Positions 46,212 to 54,708 of a stretch of 64,000 bases of DNA are shown one piece after another. This stretch comes from a virus (Duplodnaviria; Caudoviricetes). The notes beneath the pieces were generated by a model, which was given only the letters and a program-made list of their open reading frames with translations, ran no database searches and was not told the DNA's origin. A program made the translations under genes and the position numbers. The stretch lies in IMG/VR virus record IMGVR_UViG_3300033075_001328, positions 8,153-72,152 of that record; one strand, given 5' to 3'. Each line of letters opens with the position of its first letter. The stretch's first letter is position 1.

Positions 46212-47192
46212 ATGCTTACAATAGGGTATATAAGTTGCAGGAAAGAGAACCTTTTCAAATGGTTTGCAGACAGTTTAAACATACAGCTTTATGGGATGCC
46301 TATACAATTAGTGGTGGTTGACTATTGGTTGGACGAAGAACGCTCTGCTTACTACAAGTCCCTTTTTAGTACGATACAGGTTGATTGCGTAAAACCTTTG
46401 CCTACATACATTCAGGGCGATAATATGATTACTTCTAAGCCATACTTTAGCGCGTCTGCTGCCCGCAATGCTGTCTATGTGCATGCTATACACGGTCAAG
46501 TGGCTTTTGTTGACGACCTTTCCGTGTTGAGCGATAATTGGCTATTTCAAGTGCAAAGTTGTTTGAATGATAACAATGTAGTTACGTTAGGAGCATACCA
46601 AAAGCACCGTAACATGGTAGTACGGGACGGCAAAATCATAAGCTCAGAAGTAGAATCTACAGATAGCCGTTTTCAATTCGCACCGCAGGGCGGTAAAATT
46701 ACTGGCTTCGCATCTTGGTTTTACGGTTGCAGCTTTGTGCATAGCCTAGAGTTAGCCTTGCGCGTAAACGGTTTTGACCATATAGCCGACATAAGCGGTT
46801 ACGAAGATTGCATACAGGGTATTAGGCTAGAAAAGGCGGGCGCAACTTTCATATACAACACAAATATGCTCACCATAGAAAGCCATGAGCATCACTTTAC
46901 AGAAGGAAATGTATTTGCTCGCGCAGATGATGAAATACACGAGCAAGAATACGGTAGGCTTCTTTTCGACTATGGTATTAAACATTCACAATATCCCAAA
47001 GGAACAAGGCGCGACCAATCTCACGCACTATTAGATATAACCATGCAAAGCCCTAAATATACCGCCCACGTAAACAAATTCAACCTTCGCGAATTAAGAG
47101 CGAAACGTGAGCGTGGCGAAGAAATTACTATTGAGGATATGCAGCACGGCGATGTACATTGGTTCAACAAAAAGCCGTATTCTGAGTATTAG
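46212..47192 (+). CDS. GT2-like glycosyltransferase
   Basis: LVVVD, SASAARN, AFVDD, VNGFD...GYED. Confidence 0.78.
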   Translation: MLTIGYISCRKENLFKWFADSLNIQLYGMPIQLVVVDYWLDEERSAYYKSLFSTIQVDCVKPLPTYIQGDNMITSKPYFSASAARNAVYVHAIHGQVAFVDDLSVLSDNWLFQVQSCLNDNNVVTLGAYQKHRNMVVRDGKIISSEVESTDSRFQFAPQGGKITGFASWFYGCSFVHSLELALRVNGFDHIADISGYEDCIQGIRLEKAGATFIYNTNMLTIESHEHHFTEGNVFARADDEIHEQEYGRLLFDYGIKHSQYPKGTRRDQSHALLDITMQSPKYTAHVNKFNLRELRAKRERGEEITIEDMQHGDVHWFNKKPYSEY

Positions 47193-47857
47193 GCATTAAC
47201 AGCCTTTGCATATATCTTTGAAATTCTATCTGGAGAAAACTTAGCCCCCCTTGCGCCCCTGTACTGACCCTTATTAAGCTGCATGGCAATGTTTAAGTTA
47301 TCCTTACCTTGAGTGCGCAGCATAAATACCAATGCCTGCACTTGTGCATTTTGGCTATCTATGGCTTGTTCTTTACGCGCTTCTACGCTAGCAATTACCG
47401 CCTTTTTCTGTGCTTCTAGTATGTTCGGGTTTCCAAGTTTAGCACCTTGGCGTTTCTTTTCAGCTAGGGCAGACTTTGTCCTATCGCTTATCAACTTAGC
47501 TTCATATTCAGCTACCGCAGCTAGGATGTTCAATGTAAATTTGTTTGCCTGCGGGAAGTCGCAGAACACTACCTCTATCTTAGAATTAAGCACAGAAGAT
47601 ATAAACTGAACGTCCCTCGCAAGCCTATCCAGTTTAGCTACAATAAGCGTAGCCCCTTCATCCTTACATTGCTGCAAGGCTTTGTATATCTCAACGCGCT
47701 TGCGTTTAGCAGTGCCAGTTTCTACCTCTACATACTCAGTAGTTATTGGCGCGTCTTTTACGTACTCGCTGATAATATGGCGTTGTGCATCCAAGCCCAA
47801 GCCAGACTTGCCCTGCTTTTGGGTACTTACTCGTAGATAGCTAATGTATGTTTTCAT
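47189..47857 (-). CDS. serine recombinase (resolvase/invertase family)
   Basis: YLRVSTQKQ (catalytic Ser), SGLGL, AKLDRLAR. Confidence 0.93.
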   Translation of the reverse strand: MKTYISYLRVSTQKQGKSGLGLDAQRHIISEYVKDAPITTEYVEVETGTAKRKRVEIYKALQQCKDEGATLIVAKLDRLARDVQFISSVLNSKIEVVFCDFPQANKFTLNILAAVAEYEAKLISDRTKSALAEKKRQGAKLGNPNILEAQKKAVIASVEARKEQAIDSQNAQVQALVFMLRTQGKDNLNIAMQLNKGQYRGARGAKFSPDRISKIYAKAVNA

Positions 47858-47861
47858 ATCA

Positions 47862-47908
47862 CAAAGTTAAGTTTAAAACTTTACTTTCCAAAAATATTTT
47901 TACCTTTG
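47862..47908. promoter_or_regulatory. back-to-back promoters with a 25-bp palindrome
   Basis: Minus TAACTTTG 47862-47869; plus TACCTTTG 47901-47908; AAAGTTAAGTTT-A-AAACTTTACTTT 47863-47887 (11 of 12 pairs). Confidence 0.7.
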
Positions 47909-47912
47909 GGGT

Positions 47913-48203
47913 ATGGGAAATAAAGATAGGTCGCCATTAGGTGAGGCGATTTTAGGTGTATGTAGGGAGCGAAACGTATCGCAAAGGCAGATGGCAGATG
48001 ATATTGGCGTTAAGAAGGAATACCTTAATAATGTCATTAACGGATATGCGCAACCTTCATTGGATATGCTTATTAAAATAGCTACTATTAACGATAAGGC
48101 ACTTATAATTGAGTTTGCAGAAAAAGGAGATGGAGTGCCAAACTATCAAGGTATAGCACACCCAAAAAAGCGTAAAAAGAAACCATTTGACGGAACTTTC
48201 TAG
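47913..48203 (+). CDS. XRE-family HTH regulator
   Basis: SQRQMADDIGVKKEYLNNVINGYAQPSLDML. Confidence 0.85.
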   Translation: MGNKDRSPLGEAILGVCRERNVSQRQMADDIGVKKEYLNNVINGYAQPSLDMLIKIATINDKALIIEFAEKGDGVPNYQGIAHPKKRKKKPFDGTF

Positions 48204-50356
48204 TTTTTCTTCCACACGTTCAAACTAGGAACAAACTGCTTGAAATCATGCTTTTTATCAACCCTCTTTTGTACTGGCATATCGAATATAGAAGTTAAGC
48301 CATACATTGCCGATACAACCAAGTCAAAGTCATTAAAGTTGCTGTATTCCAAATCCCTAAACTGCTCTAAGGTTCTAGGAAACGGACAAGCCATGCCGCG
48401 CTTGGTTATATAGTTTATGCCGTGCCTAATCAACACAGGCTTAAACTGCTCGGTGGTATTGCTACCCGACTGCGTCCTATCCTCTTTTAGAGTTAAGCCT
48501 GTTCCCGACATCGCAAACTTACGCTTGAATTGTAGGTACTCTTCAAAGCCATGTTCCCTAAAGAATTTATCTACCACATCCACGTTAAACTCAGGGAAAC
48601 ACTTACAGCCGTAAAATATGCAGATTTTAAGCACATCTTCCGCAAACTCATCGGGCGTAGGCGGGCGGTGGAAATACTCTAGTACAAAGTTGTCAGTAAT
48701 ATTCTTTCCAGCAAAAGCATCCATTGCCTCTAACATAGGGTCATACAAAGCATATACGTGGCAAGCACCTAAGGACATTTTATCTTTATTGATAACCCTA
48801 TCTGTATTTAACTTAAACGGGTCGGCACTAGCTTGGAACTTTGCGGTATTGGAAGGGCATTGCCTGCCGTTTTTTATATATGACTGGTTTCGTTGTTCAT
48901 GTAAAGGCAAATGACGTACATGGCATCGGGCACTTTTCTCTTCTGTAGGCACAAACTTTACTTTGCTGTTAAACCTAGCACCTTCCCAATCAAAATATCC
49001 AAAAGTCATAGGCTGGTCTTCGGGATAGCCGTTTACAAAGTAGTCAAGCCTTTGGTTAATTATATCTATATCAAACAAACACCCTGTATTGTTATACCTA
49101 AACGCCTCTCGAATATTGCGAGGCATCTTACGTATCAAGTCCTGTCTATCCTTACCATTCTTGGCATTTTCAATTTCCCTGTCCACCCAAGACTTACCGC
49201 CCATGTTCCAATTCTTATCCCCTTTTCTGTTCCTCCATTCGGCTTGGTACGGCTTAACTTCATCTACTATCGCCATCCCGTACTGGTCGAAGAACATATT
49301 TTCGTAAGAGGGTGTAAAGAAAGGAACTAAGCCCGACTTAGTTTCCCCGTACTCGTTTATCATGCCCATTTTAGGTATGCGGCAAGACCTGTCCCAAAGG
49401 TACTTAAACTTAGCCCCGCCGCCCTTTTCCATTTCTTCAACCGTGGTAGTAACAAGTGCCTTACCTATTATTTTACCGTCCAAGAATAAACAGAATTTCA
49501 CCTTGTCCCACATGGCTATCGGATCGGCAGGGTCTTCATACTTACCGCTTTCATCCATACCGTACCGTTGCAATTTTTGCCCGTCATAATAAGTATGGTT
49601 CGAGTTACCGTAATCTATAAGGCAATCAAAACTCTCGGCAGGGTCGTCAGCTACCAACTCAATTTTCTTTTTAGATGCTGAACTATTTTCAAATTCAGGC
49701 TTAAAAAAGAATGGCAACCTTTTAAACGGGTTCATGACCGCCTTGGTAAAAGCCTTGGCAGCATCTACATCGCTCTTGCTCTGCAATCCCCCCTGAGTAT
49801 TCGGGTTTCGTGTAATGTACTCTAGTATGATATTGCCCATAAAAAAGGTTTTACCAACCCTCCTTCGGGTAAAGTCTATGCCACCATACACAGAATCATT
49901 ATCTTCTACACAAAACTTCCACCACCAATACTTCTTCATGTCCGTTTCCCTAAACTGCGGCAAACCAACGTCCATGTGGTAGTAGTTTAAGTAAAACCAA
50001 TATGTGCCTGTGATATAGTACGGTGTGCCGTATATATAAACCCACTCGCCTTCTTCCCTTTTCTTCCATTGGGTTTCTATCCAAGCAGCAAGGTCTTTGT
50101 CTTTCAATACAATGTTACGGGCTTCCTCGCGAGTTATGTCTTTGTTGTTCACCTGCCTAGTAAGTAGCCATATTTTAGCAGGAATAACTTCACGTGTATA
50201 AAACTGCTGTTCTGGAGGCAGTCCATAATTTTTTATCTGCGCAAGAGGTGGCGGAGTAGGTAGTTTTATATGGTACGGCTCTATATCGTCCACATCTTCC
50301 AACAAAACCACATCGGTAATGGCCTGTTTATACCCGTACTTATTTTCTGGCTTCAA
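48200..50356 (-). CDS. terL: terminase large subunit
   Basis: Walker A RRRVGKT, Walker B YGMDESGK, coupling motif VTTTVE, nuclease ADPF...D. Confidence 0.92.
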   Translation of the reverse strand: MKPENKYGYKQAITDVVLLEDVDDIEPYHIKLPTPPPLAQIKNYGLPPEQQFYTREVIPAKIWLLTRQVNNKDITREEARNIVLKDKDLAAWIETQWKKREEGEWVYIYGTPYYITGTYWFYLNYYHMDVGLPQFRETDMKKYWWWKFCVEDNDSVYGGIDFTRRRVGKTFFMGNIILEYITRNPNTQGGLQSKSDVDAAKAFTKAVMNPFKRLPFFFKPEFENSSASKKKIELVADDPAESFDCLIDYGNSNHTYYDGQKLQRYGMDESGKYEDPADPIAMWDKVKFCLFLDGKIIGKALVTTTVEEMEKGGGAKFKYLWDRSCRIPKMGMINEYGETKSGLVPFFTPSYENMFFDQYGMAIVDEVKPYQAEWRNRKGDKNWNMGGKSWVDREIENAKNGKDRQDLIRKMPRNIREAFRYNNTGCLFDIDIINQRLDYFVNGYPEDQPMTFGYFDWEGARFNSKVKFVPTEEKSARCHVRHLPLHEQRNQSYIKNGRQCPSNTAKFQASADPFKLNTDRVINKDKMSLGACHVYALYDPMLEAMDAFAGKNITDNFVLEYFHRPPTPDEFAEDVLKICIFYGCKCFPEFNVDVVDKFFREHGFEEYLQFKRKFAMSGTGLTLKEDRTQSGSNTTEQFKPVLIRHGINYITKRGMACPFPRTLEQFRDLEYSNFNDFDLVVSAMYGLTSIFDMPVQKRVDKKHDFKQFVPSLNVWKKN

Positions 50357-51008
50357 CTTCCGCCTCCTTCTTTTTGTTGAACACTACATCTTCGGGCAGT
50401 ATGTTCCTACGCTTTTCTTCTTCTAAGTATGATGCTACGAAGTTGCCTAAACCCTTGTAGTCGCGCTCGGTTATATCTACATCATTCCTAAACAACCTTA
50501 TACTTATGTTGTCTATCTCAGTCTTTATGCCCTTCATTTCCTTGATAACACCTAGCTTTATCTTGGAAATCTCAGCGGCACTCTTGCTACCTTGGCTTGC
50601 TGTTTCATCAGTAAGAGAGTTCATTACCATGTAGTACACCTCTAGGTATTGGCATATTTCTAGCCAATCTGTACTGTTCTCAAACTTCAAGAAATGTAGC
50701 TTTAAAGAGTTAGCTACAGCATCGTTGTTTGAAATCAGTTTACCTAATTTCACAGGGTCTTGCTTTAGCTCCCGAAGCACGTTTATTTTGCGTTGAACGA
50801 TATTTTGCTCGTCCATTGCAAAGGGGCTTTTTTGGTGATACACATACACTATGTACCGTATCAGTAAATCGCCTTTCATTAAGGTGAAATCACTCAATTT
50901 TGCTGTTGCCGTGGAAAACAGTTCTGCCAGTTCGGGAATCCTATCAAGCACGTTGTTGGTTAGCGGAATCTTGTCTATACGCCACCTCATTTTACTAAAG
51001 TCTGCCAT
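50340..51008 (-). CDS. terminase small subunit candidate
   Basis: 222 aa, helical, overlaps the terL start. Confidence 0.5.
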   Translation of the reverse strand: MADFSKMRWRIDKIPLTNNVLDRIPELAELFSTATAKLSDFTLMKGDLLIRYIVYVYHQKSPFAMDEQNIVQRKINVLRELKQDPVKLGKLISNNDAVANSLKLHFLKFENSTDWLEICQYLEVYYMVMNSLTDETASQGSKSAAEISKIKLGVIKEMKGIKTEIDNISIRLFRNDVDITERDYKGLGNFVASYLEEEKRRNILPEDVVFNKKKEAEVEARK

Positions 51009-51013
51009 AGCTC

Positions 51014-51062
51014 CAAAGTTAGAACATTTTGTTTGAAAATTAAGTTTTAGGCTTTACTTTTG
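51014..51062. promoter_or_regulatory. back-to-back promoters (terS-terL / GroES-like gene)
   Basis: Minus TAACTTTG 51014-51021; plus TACTTTTG 51055-51062. Confidence 0.65.
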
Positions 51063-51067
51063 CCTTC

Positions 51068-51808
51068 ATGTCATATCTACTTAACGCCTTTTCAGAAGCA
51101 GATTACAATGCTATCAAACCAATCAATAATTACATATTGGTACGCCTGCCAGAAGATACAGGGAAGCCGATACATAAGCACAAGTCAGGGCTTCTTATCA
51201 GTTCCAACTTTTCGAGCGAGGAAACATATAGCCCGTGTTATGGAGAGGTGGTAAAAAAAGGGGCTGGCGTAGATAGACGGGTACAAGAAGGTGATACTGT
51301 TTTTTTTCATTACCTGTGCTATATCAATGCCCGCAATACAACGGAGCAATACAACAACGGTAATTACGACCCACAAAAAAGCCTGTTTGAGTATAACGAC
51401 AGGCTGTATCTATTAATGACTATTGACAATGCCTATTTCGTAAAGCGTGGCGACGAGCTTATCTCAATCAACGACCAAGTGTTGTTGCGCAGCATACCTA
51501 AGAAGCTAGAGAAGGTAGATGTTGAGCATAATGGCGAAAAGTGGTCTGTTTTAGTAGGTAATGACGAAGGGAACATCCTTACTACCTCAATAAAGGAAGC
51601 GTATAGGTTAGATGTTGCAGAAGTTATATCTGCACCAGACGACTGCAATTTGGTAAAAGGAGATATTATTGCGCCGCCTAAAGACTGGGATGTACCGCTA
51701 GAGTACGATATGTTGGCTATACTTAAAGAGCCTGTTTATTTTTTGGATAAGGAATACGCTTTCAACATAAAAGAGTTTGGCTTAACTAAAGAATCACTAG
51801 GTATCTAA
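51068..51808 (+). CDS. tandem GroES/Cpn10-like co-chaperonin
   Basis: IKPINNYILVR...GEVVKKGAG...VQEGDTVFF, and a second copy ISINDQVLLR...AEVISAP...LVKGDII. Confidence 0.72.
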   Translation: MSYLLNAFSEADYNAIKPINNYILVRLPEDTGKPIHKHKSGLLISSNFSSEETYSPCYGEVVKKGAGVDRRVQEGDTVFFHYLCYINARNTTEQYNNGNYDPQKSLFEYNDRLYLLMTIDNAYFVKRGDELISINDQVLLRSIPKKLEKVDVEHNGEKWSVLVGNDEGNILTTSIKEAYRLDVAEVISAPDDCNLVKGDIIAPPKDWDVPLEYDMLAILKEPVYFLDKEYAFNIKEFGLTKESLGI

Positions 51809-52014
51809 TGACACAAGAACACGCCCTAATCAACTTTCTTACTGCTCAGTATGCCGACGAAAACGGCAAGTGTTATTTTGCCTGCATAAAAGAGGTGCGC
51901 ACAAACACAAAAATGCAACCCGTAATAAAAGATGTGATTGATACGTTCTACAAGTTAAACTATGAGAACGCTAGGGGTGTGTTTATGATGGGGATAAATG
52001 AGGTGATAGGTTAA
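51808..52014 (+). CDS. hypothetical protein
   Basis: 68 aa, TAATG coupled. Confidence 0.55.
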   Translation: MTQEHALINFLTAQYADENGKCYFACIKEVRTNTKMQPVIKDVIDTFYKLNYENARGVFMMGINEVIG

Positions 52015-52406
52015 CTCTCTTTAATTTCTATATTGTATATAGCTTTCATTAAAGCCTTTTTTATTAGGTAAACCCTTAACTTCCTAGTTACAATGCTTTT
52101 TGTGTCTTCTACAACAAGCGTTTCCCCAATGTTATACGTAAAATCAGCTATGTACTTGCATATCAAGTACCCGTTTACTTCAAGCCTATAAGTTACCTGC
52201 TTTTTAAGATTGGTTATCTCCCCTTTCTTTTCAAGCAATAGCAGTACCCCATACCTATCTGCTTCCTTCTTGCTATCGAACTTTTCCCCATCTACCCCTA
52301 CTCGGACATTGTTGTACTTAGACTTCTTCTGTTTGCCTTCAAACCTGTCCTTGGCAGCCTGCTTATTACTCATTAAGGTTCGGAACTGTTCTGCGCTTAG
52401 ATTCAT
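52011..52406 (-). CDS. DUF1064-type PD-(D/E)XK nuclease
   Basis: KSKYNN, DGEKFDSKKEA, YIADF, VVEDTK. Confidence 0.85.
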   Translation of the reverse strand: MNLSAEQFRTLMSNKQAAKDRFEGKQKKSKYNNVRVGVDGEKFDSKKEADRYGVLLLLEKKGEITNLKKQVTYRLEVNGYLICKYIADFTYNIGETLVVEDTKSIVTRKLRVYLIKKALMKAIYNIEIKES

Positions 52407-52648
52407 TACACAATTAGTTTATCTAGTTCCTTCAATACCGCCTGCCATTTCTCTTTCGTATCGTACTCAAGACTTACTATTGCCTCTCCATTTAAATATA
52501 CATCTATTCCGTAGCTACTGTTACTGTCTTTGTAAGAATGAAATGCCAAAAGATTTTTCACGTCGAAGCGCAGGTGCATCAAGCCGTTCACATACAGCGT
52601 GAATACACCCGCGTCAACCTTCGTGGTTGGATTAAATTTTTGCTTCAT
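52406..52648 (-). CDS. hypothetical protein
   Basis: 80 aa, coupled; LEYDTKEKWQAVLKELD. Confidence 0.65.
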   Translation of the reverse strand: MKQKFNPTTKVDAGVFTLYVNGLMHLRFDVKNLLAFHSYKDSNSSYGIDVYLNGEAIVSLEYDTKEKWQAVLKELDKLIV

Positions 52649-52651
52649 AGG

Positions 52652-52933
52652 TTAGAATGGTAAAGAATCGTCCTCTTGCGACTTACTTGCACTATTCCCA
52701 TTCGGCTTATAGGTATCAACCGATAGCGACAACCTGCCGTCCCTAGCTTTGGTAGCCTGCAATCGTATCTGCTTATTGCCTTGGTACTCGGTCAGGTACT
52801 GCGCACCTTCGCCCTTTAGCCACTTAACCAAATCGTTCGGGGTTATTACTATTGTGCCCAACACGAAATCGGGGGCTTTGTCGTTCTTAGCAAACGTCCT
52901 TATCCCTTGCGGATATACTCTTTCTTCTGCCAT
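52652..52933 (-). CDS. small ssDNA-binding-protein-like protein
   Basis: KNDKAPDF N-terminus, beta-rich core, flexible EDDSLPF tail. Confidence 0.55.
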   Translation of the reverse strand: MAEERVYPQGIRTFAKNDKAPDFVLGTIVITPNDLVKWLKGEGAQYLTEYQGNKQIRLQATKARDGRLSLSVDTYKPNGNSASKSQEDDSLPF

Positions 52934-52934
52934 T

Positions 52935-53402
52935 TTATTGTTGTTTTATTCCTAACATTTTCATTGTAAATCTAAGTTCGGAACGGTTGCAGATAGTTAC
53001 GCCTCTTATACTTTTCGGAACAGAGTAGTCTATCCTATTGGCATCTCTGCCTTCTGCCTCATATACGTCAATATCCACCTTGCCGTCTCCATATAGCTCA
53101 AGGTCGCAGTAAGTTAAATCTCCAAATTCTCCTATTGAAAATTGTTGCGTCGTTTCTCGTTTCCACCCTTCCGCAATAATGTCGTCGTGGTCGAGATGCT
53201 TGACGCGGACTTGACCTTTCTCCAGTTTTTCTTCAATCGTAAACGCAGGCTCCGAATTGTTTACAGATGAAAGAACTAATCTCAATGAAGAATATTTATC
53301 ATAGGTAAACACAACCCATGTGCCATCTTGTAATTGTAACTCATACTCAAATCCAACACGGAACTCCGACAATTCGGGTGTATAATATCTTTTATCGCTC
53401 AT
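52935..53402 (-). CDS. conserved phage hypothetical protein
   Basis: YYTPELSEFRVGFEYE ... RVKHLDHDDIIAEGW. Confidence 0.7.
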   Translation of the reverse strand: MSDKRYYTPELSEFRVGFEYELQLQDGTWVVFTYDKYSSLRLVLSSVNNSEPAFTIEEKLEKGQVRVKHLDHDDIIAEGWKRETTQQFSIGEFGDLTYCDLELYGDGKVDIDVYEAEGRDANRIDYSVPKSIRGVTICNRSELRFTMKMLGIKQQ

Positions 53403-53491
53403 TGTTTATCTTTTAAATGCTTGTCCTTAACGAAATGCGCCACTGCCATAAAATAGGAGAGTACGGTTATGGTTATTGCCAATGCCGTCAT
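53399..53491 (-). CDS. 30-aa hydrophobic micropeptide (not in the ORF track)
   Basis: MTALAITITVLSYFMAVAHFVKDKHLKDKQ; ATGA overlaps at both ends. Confidence 0.55.
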   Translation of the reverse strand: MTALAITITVLSYFMAVAHFVKDKHLKDKQ

Positions 53492-54162
53492 ATCGTTTGC
53501 AGGAATTTATATAATTTGTAGTTCCATTTGGCATCGTCTAAGGCATTGTGCTCGTCGGCTTGTTTGGGGTAATTAGGATGTTTTTTAATTGCATCCAATT
53601 TGTCATTTTCTCCAAGTTCGTGCCAATCTCTTATTTTAAGAGAATAAAAGGCATCGTTATACTCACATTTCTCGTCCAAAGTCTGCTTTAAATCACGGCA
53701 GTACATAGGGAATCCTTTTGGTAAGTCAATCATCGTGCCGAATAGCGAGCAGAATACTACCCAATCGTAATCGGCATAGTAGGCGTAGAAAACTGGATTT
53801 ATCCATTCAAGTCTACCTTTCGCGGTATATCCATTTTCTTGGTAAACCCTACTTCCTTCATACTCCTTAAATTCCGCTACCATGCAAAATTCCGAAATTT
53901 CATTTGCTATCTGCTTATTGCTTTTGCCTATTGGGTAAGAATCTCCTAACTGCTTTATCACATTTTCCTTTACCCAATCGCTAGCATCGTTGTAGTTATA
54001 TTCGTTGCTCACGGCATAATACTCTCGCCCGTCCTCGCAAACAATGCCAATGCTTATTAGCTGTATGCTGTGGTATGGTTTGTTGAAGTTGCCAATAGTT
54101 GGCAGCCATTTAATCGGCTTCTTAAAGCCCTCTATAAATTCGGTGTCAAAAAAGTATTTCAT
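53488..54162 (-). CDS. DEDD-family 3'-5' exonuclease (exoribonuclease-like)
   Basis: FFDTEF, LISIGIV, YYADYDW, HNALDDA. Confidence 0.88.
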   Translation of the reverse strand: MKYFFDTEFIEGFKKPIKWLPTIGNFNKPYHSIQLISIGIVCEDGREYYAVSNEYNYNDASDWVKENVIKQLGDSYPIGKSNKQIANEISEFCMVAEFKEYEGSRVYQENGYTAKGRLEWINPVFYAYYADYDWVVFCSLFGTMIDLPKGFPMYCRDLKQTLDEKCEYNDAFYSLKIRDWHELGENDKLDAIKKHPNYPKQADEHNALDDAKWNYKLYKFLQTI

Positions 54163-54254
54163 ATTTCAACTTTCATTTTTAGGAACAGGTAAAAATCAAC
54201 TGCCATGAAGTACATCTTCACGAATATGCAGATTGATATGATTAGGTATAGCAT
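54159..54254 (-). CDS. 31-aa hydrophobic micropeptide (not in the ORF track)
   Basis: MLYLIISICIFVKMYFMAVDFYLFLKMKVEI; ATGA overlap with the exonuclease start. Confidence 0.5.
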   Translation of the reverse strand: MLYLIISICIFVKMYFMAVDFYLFLKMKVEI

Positions 54255-54258
54255 GGGG

Positions 54259-54537
54259 TTATTCTTTTACTTTTCCTGTTGTGATGTAATCGTAAATCTC
54301 CTGCGCTTTTTTAGTGTACTCAACATTATCTCCAACTACCCTTGGATATGCGGTAACGGCTAAACCAATACAATGCTTACGCATGTGTACCGATTCGTTT
54401 ATTCGGTCAAAATAAAGCTCAGAAACAATAGCATCTTTATACTCTGTAGGTAGAGTTGATAGAATATCAACAATGCTGCCTTTTGATTGCTCGTATTTTT
54501 CAAATACCGCCTTTTGTTCTTGGTTTAATTCTTCCAT
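54259..54537 (-). CDS. hypothetical protein
   Basis: 92 aa, operon context. Confidence 0.65.
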   Translation of the reverse strand: MEELNQEQKAVFEKYEQSKGSIVDILSTLPTEYKDAIVSELYFDRINESVHMRKHCIGLAVTAYPRVVGDNVEYTKKAQEIYDYITTGKVKE

Positions 54538-54561
54538 TTTATGTAGTTTGTTTGGTTAAGT

Positions 54562-54699
54562 AAAAACTATCGGCGTTGCTTTTGTATGCCTACGAGTCGA
54601 ACGTAGGAACCGTCATACTTTTATCCCCTTCCTGTTGCAACAAGTCGGGAACCTCTGCGCAGAGAAGCAGCACGGTAATTAGCCGCACCCGCCGATAGT
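54562..54699 (-). ncRNA. candidate structured RNA with a T-loop arm
   Basis: Closing 10-bp stem ACTATCGGCG/CGCCGATAGT plus U-run; CCTACG-TTCGACT-CGTAGG arm stacked on GTATG/CATAC; further hairpins. Confidence 0.5.
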
Positions 54700-54708
54700 G
54701 AAAGCTTT

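Noticed and set aside
43774-47192. DNA base hypermodification as the role of the glycosyltransferase cluster
   Set aside because: No hydroxymethylase, TET/JBP or phage DNA polymerase in the window to provide an acceptor base; not excluded, but less supported than protein or surface glycosylation
19337-50000. Many 60-180 aa ORFs antisense to the structural genes in the supplied track
   Set aside because: Shadow ORFs opposite long, motif-bearing genes, with no promoters, leaders or recognisable motifs
54584-54618. tRNA gene call from the TTCGACT T-loop
   Set aside because: No matching 7-bp acceptor stem at tRNA distance, no anticodon arm and no CCA; kept only as an ncRNA candidate
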